Assembly: GCF_010672795.1 (NCBI RefSeq)
Contig: NZ_JAAHFZ010000014.1
Span: 1 to 52,766 of the forward strand
Source of the DNA: Moorena sp. SIO1G6
Lineage (GTDB): Bacteria; Cyanobacteriota; Cyanobacteriia; Cyanobacteriales; Coleofasciculaceae
Direction: 5' to 3'
Length of the DNA: 52,766 bases
Shown: positions 1 through 9,201 of the stretch, piece by piece
How the letters are laid out: the number at the start of each line of letters is the position of its first letter
Numbering within the stretch: the stretch's first letter is position 1
Translations under genes and position numbers: made by a program
Notes under the pieces: model-generated
What the model saw: the letters and a program-made list of their open reading frames with translations, nothing else
What the model was told of the DNA's origin: nothing
The model's database searches: none

Positions 1-19
1 AAACCCCCAAGACCGCTTA

Positions 20-63
20 GGTGCGCTTTCCGTTGGCGAATTAAATTCGCCACGGGTCGCACC
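20..63. repeat. MITE-like palindromic element (GGTGCGC...GGCGAATTAAATTCGCC...GCGCACC), copy 1
   Basis: The termini are inverted (GGTGCG / CGCACC) and there is an internal 16-bp palindrome GGCGAATT.AATTCGCC. The same element recurs at 10297-10377, 14411-14455 and 48666-48711. Confidence 0.6.
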
Positions 64-638
64 TCTGCATCGCTTACAAAGGGTGTGAGACTTTTGTCAT
101 GTCCTAACTGCCCTGGCGACTGCTATAGCAATAGAGTGGCGGGCTGCTGCTTTCGATATCGATTTTGTAGGAGTATGGCTGGTCAGCTCACTCCTGATCA
201 AAAATACTCTTGGCTTTTATATGTTGCAGATGCTCATCTTCCTGTTGCTCTGGCTAGTTACGGTAGTCGTGCTATTATACACCAATCCGGCTCAGAGTTT
301 AGGGTAGTGGGCTTTCGGTTATCTTGATTCTTGAGGTTAGATTCGTTACCCTTGCACCGGTTACTGACTCTAACTAAACTGGAGAGCATGGTTGGCTTCG
401 CTGCACTAAAGCGCGATGATGATTGGCTTGATTGGTCTAGCTAATCGCATTTCAAGGATACTACTGTGGGCTGCCCTTGTCAGTGACCAGATTGCCCTGC
501 ACGATGATGGTGCCAACAAGGCGTGAGGTTTTTCCCGAGACTTGAGCAATTTTGCATCTACTTGATAGACTGGGGCATCCCATGAGATAATAGTAAATTG
601 TGTTTAATTGTAATATTTGAGTTCTTAGAAAAAAAACT

Positions 639-833
639 ATGGCAAGTAAGAAAGGTGTCCGAATCGTTATTACTCTAGAATGTACTGAATGTCGCAGTTA
701 CTCCAATAAGCGCTCGGCTGGTGTTTCCCGCTATACCACTAGGAAGAATCGCCGTAACACATCATCACGTCTGGAACTGAAGAAATTTTGCACCCATTGC
801 AACAAGCACATGATTCACAAAGAAATCAAATAG
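639..833 (+). CDS. rpmG: 50S ribosomal protein L33 (Zn-ribbon form, CxxC...CxxC)
   Basis: 64 aa, [19 protein letters not shown]...FCTHCNKH, the canonical L33 sequence. It is followed by rpsR, as is usual. Confidence 0.9.
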   Translation: MASKKGVRIVITLECTECRSYSNKRSAGVSRYTTRKNRRNTSSRLELKKFCTHCNKHMIHKEIK

Positions 834-889
834 ATTTGGTCCTTGGTCATTTGTGAATTGAATTTGTTAATTGAAAATGGACTATTGAC

Positions 890-1285
890 AAAGAACAAGC
901 AACAAAGAACAAGTATTCAGCTTATGTGCTACGCACACGCGTGCGCGTTCAGCGGTCAGCTATCAGCGGTCAGCTCAAGTAACTCAGCTTAAACCAATGC
1001 TTACCTGTTTTATTGTAAGCATTCAGTGGTCAGCCGTGAACATTGGCCTTTGAGTCACGCTACGCGAATGGCTCACTCTACTTCAGGTGCCGTCAGAATA
1101 AAAGAAACCTAAGCAGCTTAAGTAGCGTGCTAATAGCTCATAAGCTGATAACTGATAGCCCATAAGCTGATAACTGATAACTGATAGCTGATAGCTGATA
1201 GCTGATAGCTGAATACTTACCAAAGAACAAATGACTATAATCAGTAACCAGTAACCTAAATAACCAATCACCAATCACAACCAAT
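890..1285. repeat. Cluster of short tandem repeats (STRR-like heptamers such as CTGATAG/CTGATAA, CAGCGGT, AACCAGT, CAATCAC)
   Basis: The repeats are directly visible, e.g. ctgataactgatagctgatagctgatagctgatagctg at 1150-1210 and cagcggtcagctatcagcggtcagc at 950-975. Confidence 0.8.
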
Positions 1286-1286
1286 C

Positions 1287-1502
1287 ATGACTTACTTTCG
1301 TAAACGTCTCTCTCCGATCAAACCCGATGAACCGATCGACTATAAAGATGTTGAGTTGCTGCGCAAGTTTATCACTGAACGGGGAAAAATCCTACCCCGC
1401 CGCATTACTAATCTAACGACTCAACAACAACGAAAGCTAACCACAGCCATTAAGCGAGCAAGGTTCTTGGCTTTGCTACCCTATATTAATAAAGAAGGTT
1501 AA
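1287..1502 (+). CDS. rpsR: 30S ribosomal protein S18
   Basis: 71 aa, ...[49 protein letters not shown], an S18 signature. Confidence 0.9.
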   Translation: MTYFRKRLSPIKPDEPIDYKDVELLRKFITERGKILPRRITNLTTQQQRKLTTAIKRARFLALLPYINKEG

Positions 1503-1565
1503 GGTGAACAATCACGGTCTTCCTCTGGGATATTTCCCGTGTGAAGAATGAAATATCAAATAAGA

Positions 1566-1760
1566 AGGATGAAGGATGAAGGATGAAGGATGAAATGGGG
1601 TGATCGATGGCTGAGGCGCGCGATGCAGTGGCCTCACGGGGAATTCCCCCACTCGCGCTCTGCATCAAGACATGGTTAACTAAAAACTTGCGACCCAACC
1701 AGGAGTTACACTGACCACTGACAACTTCAGACTTCAGACTTCAGACTTTAGACTTGACCC
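1566..1760. repeat. Heptamer tandem repeats (GAAGGAT x4 and CTTCAGA x4) flanking nested palindromes, including GGGGAATTCCCC
   Basis: gaaggatgaaggatgaaggatgaa at 1566-1595. Nested inverted repeats at 1598-1665 (gaggc..gcctc, gatgcag..ctgcatc, ggggaattcccc). acttcagacttcagacttcagactttagactt at 1717-1750. Confidence 0.75.
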
Positions 1761-1845
1761 CGTCTGCTGAGTTGGGTATCTCAACAACACAGGATAGACT
1801 GGGGGGAGGTGGATTTGGTAAACGCTACCCGGGTTATCAGAACTG

Positions 1846-3903
1846 GTGGAAAAGGGAACACTAATCGAATTTCGCTTACAAGGAGAACGCCATCTCGCTG
1901 TTGTCGATCGTCCAGAGGGCAAGAACCACTTGATTGCTTTGGATCAACGGGGGAAACTGCACAAGCTCCATCCTCGACAAGTCACCTACACAGTGGCAGA
2001 TTCTACTTATGAGCCATCACAAATACCAGAGTTTATTGCTCGAGTACAACCCTATCTAGACCCAGATAGCTTAGAATTAGCTTGGGAATTACTGGTGGAA
2101 GAAGGAGAGGCGGTTACCTGTGCTGACATGGCACAGTTATTATTTTCTGAGCAAAGTCCACCCCAGTGCTATGCGGCACACTGTATTCTGTTTGAAGACA
2201 AAATCTATTTTAAACAAAAAGCACAAACCTATGAACCCCGCTCCGCTAGCATGGTGGCTGAAATCAAGCATCAACTGGCAGCGGCTCAATCAAAGCACCA
2301 GGAACAAGAAGAATTTTTGAAGCGAGTACAGCAAAAGTTAGGGGGTGAGCAAGTAGAGTGGGTTGATAGCGATCGCACTCGCTTTGATGCTCTAGAACGG
2401 TTCGTTAGTGAACCAGATAAACCATCTCGTGCAGTTCAGGAAACTCTGGAAGCACTAAAACGCCCTCAAAACCCAGAAAATGCCTTCGATTTATTGATAA
2501 ATTTGGGTTTGTGGCGTCCTCACCAGAAGTACTTGCTGCGTCATAAAATCCCAACTCAATTTCGTCGTGAGGTACTCGAATTGACCCAGCAATACCTGGC
2601 AAATCCTCCTACTGACCCAGATTCAGATCGCTTGGATTTAACTCATCTGAAACTCTACACCATAGATGATGAAAGTACCCAAGAAATAGATGATGGTTTG
2701 AGTATAGAAGATCTAGAGGATGGCACTCAGCGTCTGTGGATTCACATCGCTGACCCAACCCGCTTGGTAATGCCAGGGGATAATCTTGACCTAGAAGCAC
2801 GACGGCGTAGTACCACCATATATCTACCCACGGGCATGATTCCCATGTTCCCATCGGAACTGGCAACTGGTCCAATGAGTTTGGTTCAAGGTCAAGTCTG
2901 TGGCGCACTCAGTTTTGGCGTGATCTTGGATCAAGATGGTGCCATCTATGACTATCAGATTCACCCCAGCCTGATTAAACCCACCTATCGCCTGACTTAT
3001 GAAGATGTAGATGAAATGTTGCAGTTAGGGGTACAGGCAGAAACAGAACTGTTTGCGATCGCTAACTTGGCTGTGCGTCGGCAAAAGTGGCGCAAGTCTC
3101 AGGGGGCGATTAGCATCCATATGCCAGAGTCGGTAATCAAGGTGGGAAATGATGACCAAATTACCATTGAGGTGTTAGAAGATTCACCATCACGGCAAAT
3201 GGTGGCAGAAATGATGATTCTGGCAGGTGAAGTGGCTGGACGCTATGGTCAAGCGCACCAAATTCCACTACCATTCCGAGGACAACCCCAGCCAGAACTT
3301 CCATCCCAAGAAGAACTGCTGCTATTGCCAGCCGGTCCAGTGCGGTTCTGTGCCATGCGTCGGTGTATGCCTAGAAGCGAAATGAGCATTACCCCAACAC
3401 GCCACGCTAGTTTGGCTTTGGAAACTTACACCCAGGTAACCTCTCCGATCCGCCGCTACACTGACTTAATGACTCATTTCCAGCTGAAAGCTCATCTACG
3501 GGGTGACCCCCTACCCTTTGAAGCTGAAGATTTGCTCGAAACGATGCAGAGTGTAACCAGAACAGCTAAGGATGCTAGTGAAGTAGAACGTGATACCAAC
3601 AAATATTGGGGATTGGAATATTTGCGGCGTAACCCGAATCAGGTTTGGCAAGTATTAGTACTCAGTTGGTGGCGAGAAAACGAGAATAAGGGCAACATTC
3701 TCCTAGAAGAGTTAGGTCTAGAATTGCCCATGCGTTTCCAGCGTTCGGTTCAATTAGGCGATCGCTTACACGTCAAAGTCAGTCATGCTGATCCCCGTAA
3801 AGAAGTTATTCATTTTCAAGAACTAGCGAACTCAGAGGCTCAGCTTCCTTTTAACTCAAAGCTAGAAGATGGCTCAGCTTCTGCTGTGAACAGATTCGCG
3901 TAA
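1846..3903 (+). CDS. rnb: RNB-family 3'-5' exoribonuclease (RNase II/R-like) with C-terminal S1-like region
   Basis: 685 aa. The RNB catalytic core motifs are present (YTIDDESTQEIDDGLS, HIADP, ...TSPIRRYTDLMTHFQL). The start appears to be GTG; the exact start is uncertain. Confidence 0.8.
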   Translation: MEKGTLIEFRLQGERHLAVVDRPEGKNHLIALDQRGKLHKLHPRQVTYTVADSTYEPSQIPEFIARVQPYLDPDSLELAWELLVEEGEAVTCADMAQLLFSEQSPPQCYAAHCILFEDKIYFKQKAQTYEPRSASMVAEIKHQLAAAQSKHQEQEEFLKRVQQKLGGEQVEWVDSDRTRFDALERFVSEPDKPSRAVQETLEALKRPQNPENAFDLLINLGLWRPHQKYLLRHKIPTQFRREVLELTQQYLANPPTDPDSDRLDLTHLKLYTIDDESTQEIDDGLSIEDLEDGTQRLWIHIADPTRLVMPGDNLDLEARRRSTTIYLPTGMIPMFPSELATGPMSLVQGQVCGALSFGVILDQDGAIYDYQIHPSLIKPTYRLTYEDVDEMLQLGVQAETELFAIANLAVRRQKWRKSQGAISIHMPESVIKVGNDDQITIEVLEDSPSRQMVAEMMILAGEVAGRYGQAHQIPLPFRGQPQPELPSQEELLLLPAGPVRFCAMRRCMPRSEMSITPTRHASLALETYTQVTSPIRRYTDLMTHFQLKAHLRGDPLPFEAEDLLETMQSVTRTAKDASEVERDTNKYWGLEYLRRNPNQVWQVLVLSWWRENENKGNILLEELGLELPMRFQRSVQLGDRLHVKVSHADPRKEVIHFQELANSEAQLPFNSKLEDGSASAVNRFA

Positions 3904-4080
3904 ATCTCTGTCCTTTTATAAAAATCCCCCAAAGCCGAAAACCCCGTGTCTAATGACCGGGGATGAAGGCTCACAGCGGCTTGACGCGCCTAGAAAAATA
4001 TTTCAGGAAAATCCGGAATTTTAGTCTGGATGTTGTAAAATAAGGGAGTGAACAGTTTAGGTCCCAGACGAAACCTTAGA

Positions 4081-4150
4081 ATAGGGTCGCCTTTATGGTT
4101 TGTCGGCTATGGAAAAAGGGTTAAAACTGTTGTTATAAGGCGACCCTATT
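4081..4150. repeat. Perfect 13-bp-stem hairpin (ATAGGGTCGCCTT...AAGGCGACCCTAT) with a ~44-nt conserved loop, 24 bp upstream of the tnpB start; candidate IS left-end subterminal hairpin
   Basis: Seen directly. The loop is nearly identical to the loop of the hairpin at 4960-5033, while the two stems differ in sequence but both pair perfectly (compensatory change). Confidence 0.6.
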
Positions 4151-4173
4151 CTTACGGTAACTTTAAGAAGCTG

Positions 4174-5520
4174 ATGATCATTTTAGAGTTCAAGGCGAAA
4201 GGAAAAAAACATCAATACTCTGGGATCAACGAGGCTATCCGGACAGTCCAGTTCATCCGTAATAGCTGCCTCAGGTATTGGATGGAAAATAAAGGGGTCA
4301 ACAAATTTGACCTTAATAAGTACAGTGCAGTCCTTGCTAAAAACTTTCCTTTTGCTAATGAATTAAACTCTACTGCTCGTCAGTCTAGTGCTGAAAGAGC
4401 ATGGTCATCAATTGTTCGATTCTTTGATAACTGCAAGAAAAAAGTACCTGGAAAGAAAGGTTTTCCTAAGTTCCAGAAAAACTGCCGCTCAGTGGAGTAT
4501 AAACAGTCTGGATGGAAGTTATCCCCTGACAAGAAGTCAATCACCTTTAGTGATAAAAAGGGTATTGGGAAGCTTAAGCTTAAAGGTACATGGGACTTGT
4601 GGCGCTTGGATAAAAAGGAAATAAAGCGAGTCCGTATAGTTCGCCGGGCTGATGGTTATTATGTCCAGTTTTGTGTTTCAGTTGATATCAAAGAGGAACT
4701 AGAGCCAAGTGGGACAGCTATCGGCTTGGATGTTGGACTAAAATATTTTTACACTGATTCCGCTGGAAAAACTGAACCAAATCCCTGCTTTTACAGAACG
4801 GGAGAAAAACGCCTTAAGTTCTACCAGCGTCGAGTTTCTCGCAAGAAGAAAGGCTCATCCAATCGAAATAAAGCAGTTAATAGACTAGGCAGACAGCACC
4901 TTAAGATAAGTAGGCAACGTGAAGAGAACGCCAAGAGACTGGGAACGAAGTTACCGTAAGAATAAAGAAGCCTTTATGGTTAGTCGGCTATGCATAAAAG
5001 GGTTAAATCTTTGTTATTAAGGCTTCTTTATTCTAAGGTTTCGTCTCCGGCGCGCTGCGTAATCTGTTCTAACGATCTGGTCGCCTAGGTCGACTTAAGA
5101 GCCAAGAACCTAGTAAAAAATCACTGCCTCGCTAAGTCTATTAATGATGCAGGTTGGTATCAGTTTAGGAAATGGATGGAGCACTTTGGCACCAAGTTCG
5201 GAAAGGTAACAGTTGCAGTAAATCCTGCATATACCAGCCAAAACTGTTCCAATTGTGGCGAAGAAGTTAAAAAGTCCCTATCAACTAGGACTCATACGTG
5301 CAAGTGTGGTTGTCAGTTAGATAGAGACCACAACGCCGCAATAAACATCCTTAAGAAAGCCTTGGGTACGGTGGGGCACACCGGAACCTGGATCTTAAAA
5401 GATCTAAACGCTTCAGGAGAATCGGCCTCTACTGTTCTTGGTTCCGGCCAGGTTCAGCAAGCTGGCTCGTTGAATGAAGAATCCCCGCGTATGCGCGACC
5501 GGGGAGTGTCAAAAAACTAG
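4174..5520 (+). pseudogene. tnpB: tnpB (IS605 OrfB / RNA-guided nuclease family) disrupted by a ~130-bp hairpin-containing insertion plus a small deletion
   Basis: The N-terminal part (4174-4959) begins MIILEFKAKGKKHQYSGINEAIRTVQFIRNSCLRYWMENKG, a typical cyanobacterial TnpB N-terminus. The C-terminal part (about 5090-5520, a different frame) reads VDLRAKNLVKNHCLAKSINDAGW...NPAYTSQNCSNCGEEV...CKCGCQLDRDHNAAINIL, i.e. the RuvC-II region, zinc finger and RuvC-III region. About 10-15 residues are missing between the two pieces. Confidence 0.75.
4960..5033. repeat. Second copy of the conserved-loop hairpin (15-bp perfect stem GAATAAAGAAGCCTT...AAGGCTTCTTTATTC) sitting inside the disrupted tnpB
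   Basis: Seen directly. The loop tatggttagtcggctatgcataaaagggttaaatctttgttatt compares with tatggtttgtcggctatggaaaaagggttaaaactgttgttat at 4094-4137. Confidence 0.6.
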
Positions 5521-5533
5521 AAAGCTTGCTTTG

Positions 5534-7108
5534 ATGTCTCGACATAAGTACAAGAGATTAAAACACCAAATCATCCGGGTACCGAGCCGTTGGTACTTCT
5601 GCCTATCTTTGGCTATTACCATCCTGCTGGGATGGCTTGGTGTAGCAGCAGCACAAGATAGTAACACGAATAATTTCACTAACCTGTCTACTATCTGGTT
5701 GTTAGTTTCATCTTTTCTAGTCTTTTTTATGAATGCTGGCTTTGCCATGTTAGAAGCCGGGTTATGTAGACGGAGAAATGCGACTAATGTCTTGGCTAAA
5801 AATTTGATAGTTTTCTGTATATCAGCCTTAGCCTTTTGGCTAGTTGGCTTTGGCTTAATGTTTGGTGATGGCATCACTTACAGTTGTGTTCCAGGAGAAA
5901 ATAATAGTTTAAGTTTAGTGGGTCAAAAGGGGTTGTTTTTTAATCTTCCCTTTCCCCAATTTGGAAATCTTGGTTTTCCAGAATCAGGATTTAATTGTCT
6001 CAATCAAGATTGGTCTAATCGCTCCTTTGCGGCTCTATTTTTATTTCAGTTAGTCTTTGCTGGAACTGCAGCCACTATTGTTTCAGGAGCTGTTGCTGAA
6101 CGGGTAAAATTCTGGGCATTTCTCCTATTTAGTTTTTTCCTGGTTGGTTTTATCTATCCCGTAACCGGTCACTGGGTTTGGGGACACTATGGTTGGCTAG
6201 CCAAGGCGCTAAAATTTCATGATTTTGCGGGTTCAACTGTAGTCCATAGTGTTGGTGGTATGGCTGGCTTGGTAGGGGCTTGGCTACTAAAGCCACGACA
6301 AGGTCGTTTTGGCTACAATTTAAGAACAGATAGATATGAAGGTCTCGAAACTGAAAAGTTCTCTGCCGATAATCTGGGTTTAGCCACCTTAGGCTGCTTA
6401 ATTCTTTGGCTGGGCTGGTTTGGTTTTAATGGTGGCTCAGCAAAGGATCTCGATTATGTAGCTAATACCATCACAACTACCATGATGGCAGCAGCAGCTG
6501 GTGGAATATCCAGCGTATTTTTTAGTCCAATTATCCTGGGAAAACCCAGTCTAGCCTCAATTATCAATGGCATTTTAGGTGGGTTGGTGGGAATTACAGC
6601 CTCAGCTGCTTTTGTAGATATCAAAAGTGCATTTATAATTGGCTCTATCAGCGGTATTTTTGTCCTTTTAGGCGAATATTTTCTACAAGTTTGGAAAATT
6701 GACGACCCCGTAGGTTCGATTCCTGTTCACCTTTTCTGTGGATTTTGGGGAACGATTGCCTTAGGAATCTTTAGTAGCAATAGTTCTCTGTTGTACTCGG
6801 AACTTGATGTATATGACGATCCATTATTACAAGTGTTGTGTCAGTTCTTAGGCTGGCTGATTATTATCATTGTAACAGCTCTATTGAGTTTATTAGGTTG
6901 GCTATTAGTTAGCCTAATTTTATATTATGCAAGCCATATCAATGAGCGGATTAGCGGCAAACAACGCCATAGGAAACAATTACGTCAAACCCAATATTTT
7001 CAATTGGGAGAATTTATCTTAACTATTTTTGAAATTGCTCGTCGAGGAATTAGGGTATCTTTGGAAGAAGAAATCAGTGGTAGCGATGGAGTTTTTTATA
7101 ATCCTTAG
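5534..7108 (+). CDS. amt: Ammonium transporter (Amt/MEP family)
   Basis: It has an N-terminal signal/TM segment and multiple TM segments. Amt signature stretches are present (FFMNAGFAMLEAG, LVGFGLMFG, VHSVGGMAGLVGAWLLKPR, LGWFGFNGGS). The chosen start is the ATG at 5534. Confidence 0.85.
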   Translation: MSRHKYKRLKHQIIRVPSRWYFCLSLAITILLGWLGVAAAQDSNTNNFTNLSTIWLLVSSFLVFFMNAGFAMLEAGLCRRRNATNVLAKNLIVFCISALAFWLVGFGLMFGDGITYSCVPGENNSLSLVGQKGLFFNLPFPQFGNLGFPESGFNCLNQDWSNRSFAALFLFQLVFAGTAATIVSGAVAERVKFWAFLLFSFFLVGFIYPVTGHWVWGHYGWLAKALKFHDFAGSTVVHSVGGMAGLVGAWLLKPRQGRFGYNLRTDRYEGLETEKFSADNLGLATLGCLILWLGWFGFNGGSAKDLDYVANTITTTMMAAAAGGISSVFFSPIILGKPSLASIINGILGGLVGITASAAFVDIKSAFIIGSISGIFVLLGEYFLQVWKIDDPVGSIPVHLFCGFWGTIALGIFSSNSSLLYSELDVYDDPLLQVLCQFLGWLIIIIVTALLSLLGWLLVSLILYYASHINERISGKQRHRKQLRQTQYFQLGEFILTIFEIARRGIRVSLEEEISGSDGVFYNP

Positions 7109-7259
7109 AAGAATCTGGCTTATCAGTAAATAGCTAAGTCTTTAAAAGTAGGCAATAAAATAAATTTTTATTGACTAAAACCAGTCTATTAAGTTAGATT
7201 AATTAGTTAAATTAATTAGTTATTTAGTTAACTGTTTGCTAAAAATCCATGCATGAATT

Positions 7260-7334
7260 TCCTATTCCCTGTTCCCTGTTGCCACAACTACTGATTTAAC
7301 AATTTAATTTAACAATTTAACAATTTAACAATTG
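7260..7334. repeat. Short tandem repeats (CCCTGTT x2; AACAATTTA x4)
   Basis: tcctattccctgttccctgtt and taacaatttaatttaacaatttaacaatttaacaatt. Confidence 0.7.
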
Positions 7335-7335
7335 A

Positions 7336-8529
7336 TTACCCCAAATATTTAGCAGCTGGACAATCTAATTTTATTAGATAGTTTCTCAACCAATTAGCAT
7401 AATTCTCATTATTCCTATCCCATCGACGGAAAAAACGTGGAAGAGATTTTTGTTTAAACTGGTAGTAACGCTCTGATACTTTACAAAGATTTATAGTAGC
7501 TTGCTTGAATTCACCTTGACTAGCGAGCTCTTCTATAGCATAGGAAAACTGCAATTGATCTAACATTGACTGACATAGCTTGGGAAAAGCACTATTTTGA
7601 CTCTTTATCTTTCTAAGTTGCTCTATTTGTTCTTTTCTGGTAGTAAATTGGCGTCTGCATATGTCCTCAGAAGCAAGGTTTTTTAGTTGATCGTCTGCTC
7701 TTCTAGCACTAGTACACTGAAATACACCAAAGGTAATGACTAGAAACAAGGCGATCAAGCCACCCCAAAAACTAATGGGTGATGGGATTCTGCTAGCTGA
7801 TGAGGTAGCCAAGGTTGTGGCTTGGTCTGGCTCTAAAGGTACTACAGTTGATTGGTTGGGCTCGTCAGTTGTTAGATCTGGGTGTTTGGGTTCATCAGTT
7901 GTCAGCTCTGAGTGTTTAGGCTGGTCAGTTGTGAGATCTTGGTCTTGAGTAACTGGGGTGATTGGTAGGTTAGGAAAAGCAATGGCGATGGCTTGATCAG
8001 TAGCATCTGTCGTCAGCTCAGATGCCAACCAATAGTCTGTACTGGTCAACTGTGCTAACTCTTGAGCTACCCAGCTGTGATTAAAAACAACCTCATAAAT
8101 ACGGTTAGAAACTTTTAAATTTCCCCCCTGGTTAATCACCACACCGGAGTTGAGCAACACTTTTTGTTCCCAACTGTCATTTGCCATCATGACTCCCTGC
8201 AAAATTTTCTGATATAGCCGCAGGAATTGTTCTTCGAGCAAGAAACTACGAATATCTTGCAGAAGTTCAGCGGCTTCCTGAGTTTCCCAATTTTCAACGA
8301 AGTGAGTTTTGACTAGTTCTTCGACTTTGAGAGCTTCCTCACCAACAGGGATGGGAGATTTAGAGTCAAGGATAACTTGACAAAGCTTCTGGGTCAAAAA
8401 AGGCTGAGAGCCAGTCCATGCCAGTACCTCGTCTAAGACAACATCAGGGTTACTCAGATGCTCAGCCAATGCGAGTTTGAATGGTTCGAGGATTTTAGCC
8501 ACCTCAGGTTTATCCTGCTTAGAGGTCAT
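7336..8529 (-). CDS. Hypothetical single-pass membrane protein with an N-terminal ~170-aa soluble domain, a T-T-D-[EQ]-P-K-H tandem-repeat linker, a TM helix and a C-terminal domain
   Basis: 397-aa ORF. The TM segment is ISFWGGLIALFLVITFGVF. The repeats are in frame (TTDQPKHSELTTDEPKHPDLTTDEPNQ). I do not recognise a family for it. Confidence 0.6.
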   Translation of the reverse strand: MTSKQDKPEVAKILEPFKLALAEHLSNPDVVLDEVLAWTGSQPFLTQKLCQVILDSKSPIPVGEEALKVEELVKTHFVENWETQEAAELLQDIRSFLLEEQFLRLYQKILQGVMMANDSWEQKVLLNSGVVINQGGNLKVSNRIYEVVFNHSWVAQELAQLTSTDYWLASELTTDATDQAIAIAFPNLPITPVTQDQDLTTDQPKHSELTTDEPKHPDLTTDEPNQSTVVPLEPDQATTLATSSASRIPSPISFWGGLIALFLVITFGVFQCTSARRADDQLKNLASEDICRRQFTTRKEQIEQLRKIKSQNSAFPKLCQSMLDQLQFSYAIEELASQGEFKQATINLCKVSERYYQFKQKSLPRFFRRWDRNNENYANWLRNYLIKLDCPAAKYLG

Positions 8530-8671
8530 TTCATTCCTTGTGTATTCCAGACTATTTTTCCTTCAAACATATTTTGTGATAGTCTTGAATTTTCGATCAA
8601 GATTAACAAGGAATTTCTATGATCTACAAGCCAGGTTATGGGTAAGATATGGGGTGTAAACTACATGTCCA

Positions 8672-9016
8672 CTACATGTCCATTACATCCAACCCCTCTG
8701 ATGGCATAATCTTTCCCCCAAACGACTTAACTACATCTTCAAACAAGGGCATATCATCCTGTGGGATTTCCACTACTACTACCATTTTGGCATATTCCTC
8801 TGCTCCTTCTTCCTTGTATTCTATTTGCTCGAAGGGCAGGTCTGTTGTCCAATCGTCTGAATTGCTATCAATCATAGGGACGTTGGGCAACAGTTCTTCA
8901 ACTGGGATAGCGCGAGGTTTAAAAGGCAGATCGACGCAAAATCGAGGCAGTGCCTGATGAGAAAAATTAACGAAATCCACGGGATTGCTAAACACGACTG
9001 AAACTTGGACTTTCAT
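8672..9016 (-). CDS. Hypothetical acidic protein (114 aa)
   Basis: A long ORF with no competing gene. The overlapping + strand ORF 8649-8957 is low-complexity and S/T-rich, so it is presumably spurious. Confidence 0.4.
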   Translation of the reverse strand: MKVQVSVVFSNPVDFVNFSHQALPRFCVDLPFKPRAIPVEELLPNVPMIDSNSDDWTTDLPFEQIEYKEEGAEEYAKMVVVVEIPQDDMPLFEDVVKSFGGKIMPSEGLDVMDM

Positions 9017-9201
9017 AATCTATGCTATGGTATTAAATCTATTGAGACTAAGTTGAATTAATACATCATAGCAAAGATGAGCAGTGAGACAGCCTCTGAC
9101 TTCCAGTCATGGCAAATCTGGGTCTAATACCCCCGTTAACCAAACTGGTAATATGAACATTATATTGTATCGCAATGACTCAATTTAGGAATTGATGCCT
9201 G

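Larger units (their letters stand above)
4081..5526 (+). mobile_element. IS200/IS605-family TnpB-only (IS1341-like) insertion element, degenerate
   Basis: It carries a TnpB ORF with no tnpA and hairpins at the 5' side. Its 3' end carries the hairpin tccccg..cgggga followed by GTGTCAAA. The amt gene starts immediately after it. Confidence 0.6.

Noticed and set aside
85-327. 80-aa ORF upstream of rpmG
   Set aside because: It is Cys/Arg-rich with unnatural composition, and it starts inside MITE copy 1. No RBS or recognisable motif is present.
4388-4624. 78-aa ORF inside the tnpB N-terminal fragment, and ORF 5509-5877(-) antisense to the amt start
   Set aside because: They are alternative-frame or antisense to recognisable genes (tnpB; Amt with signature motifs).
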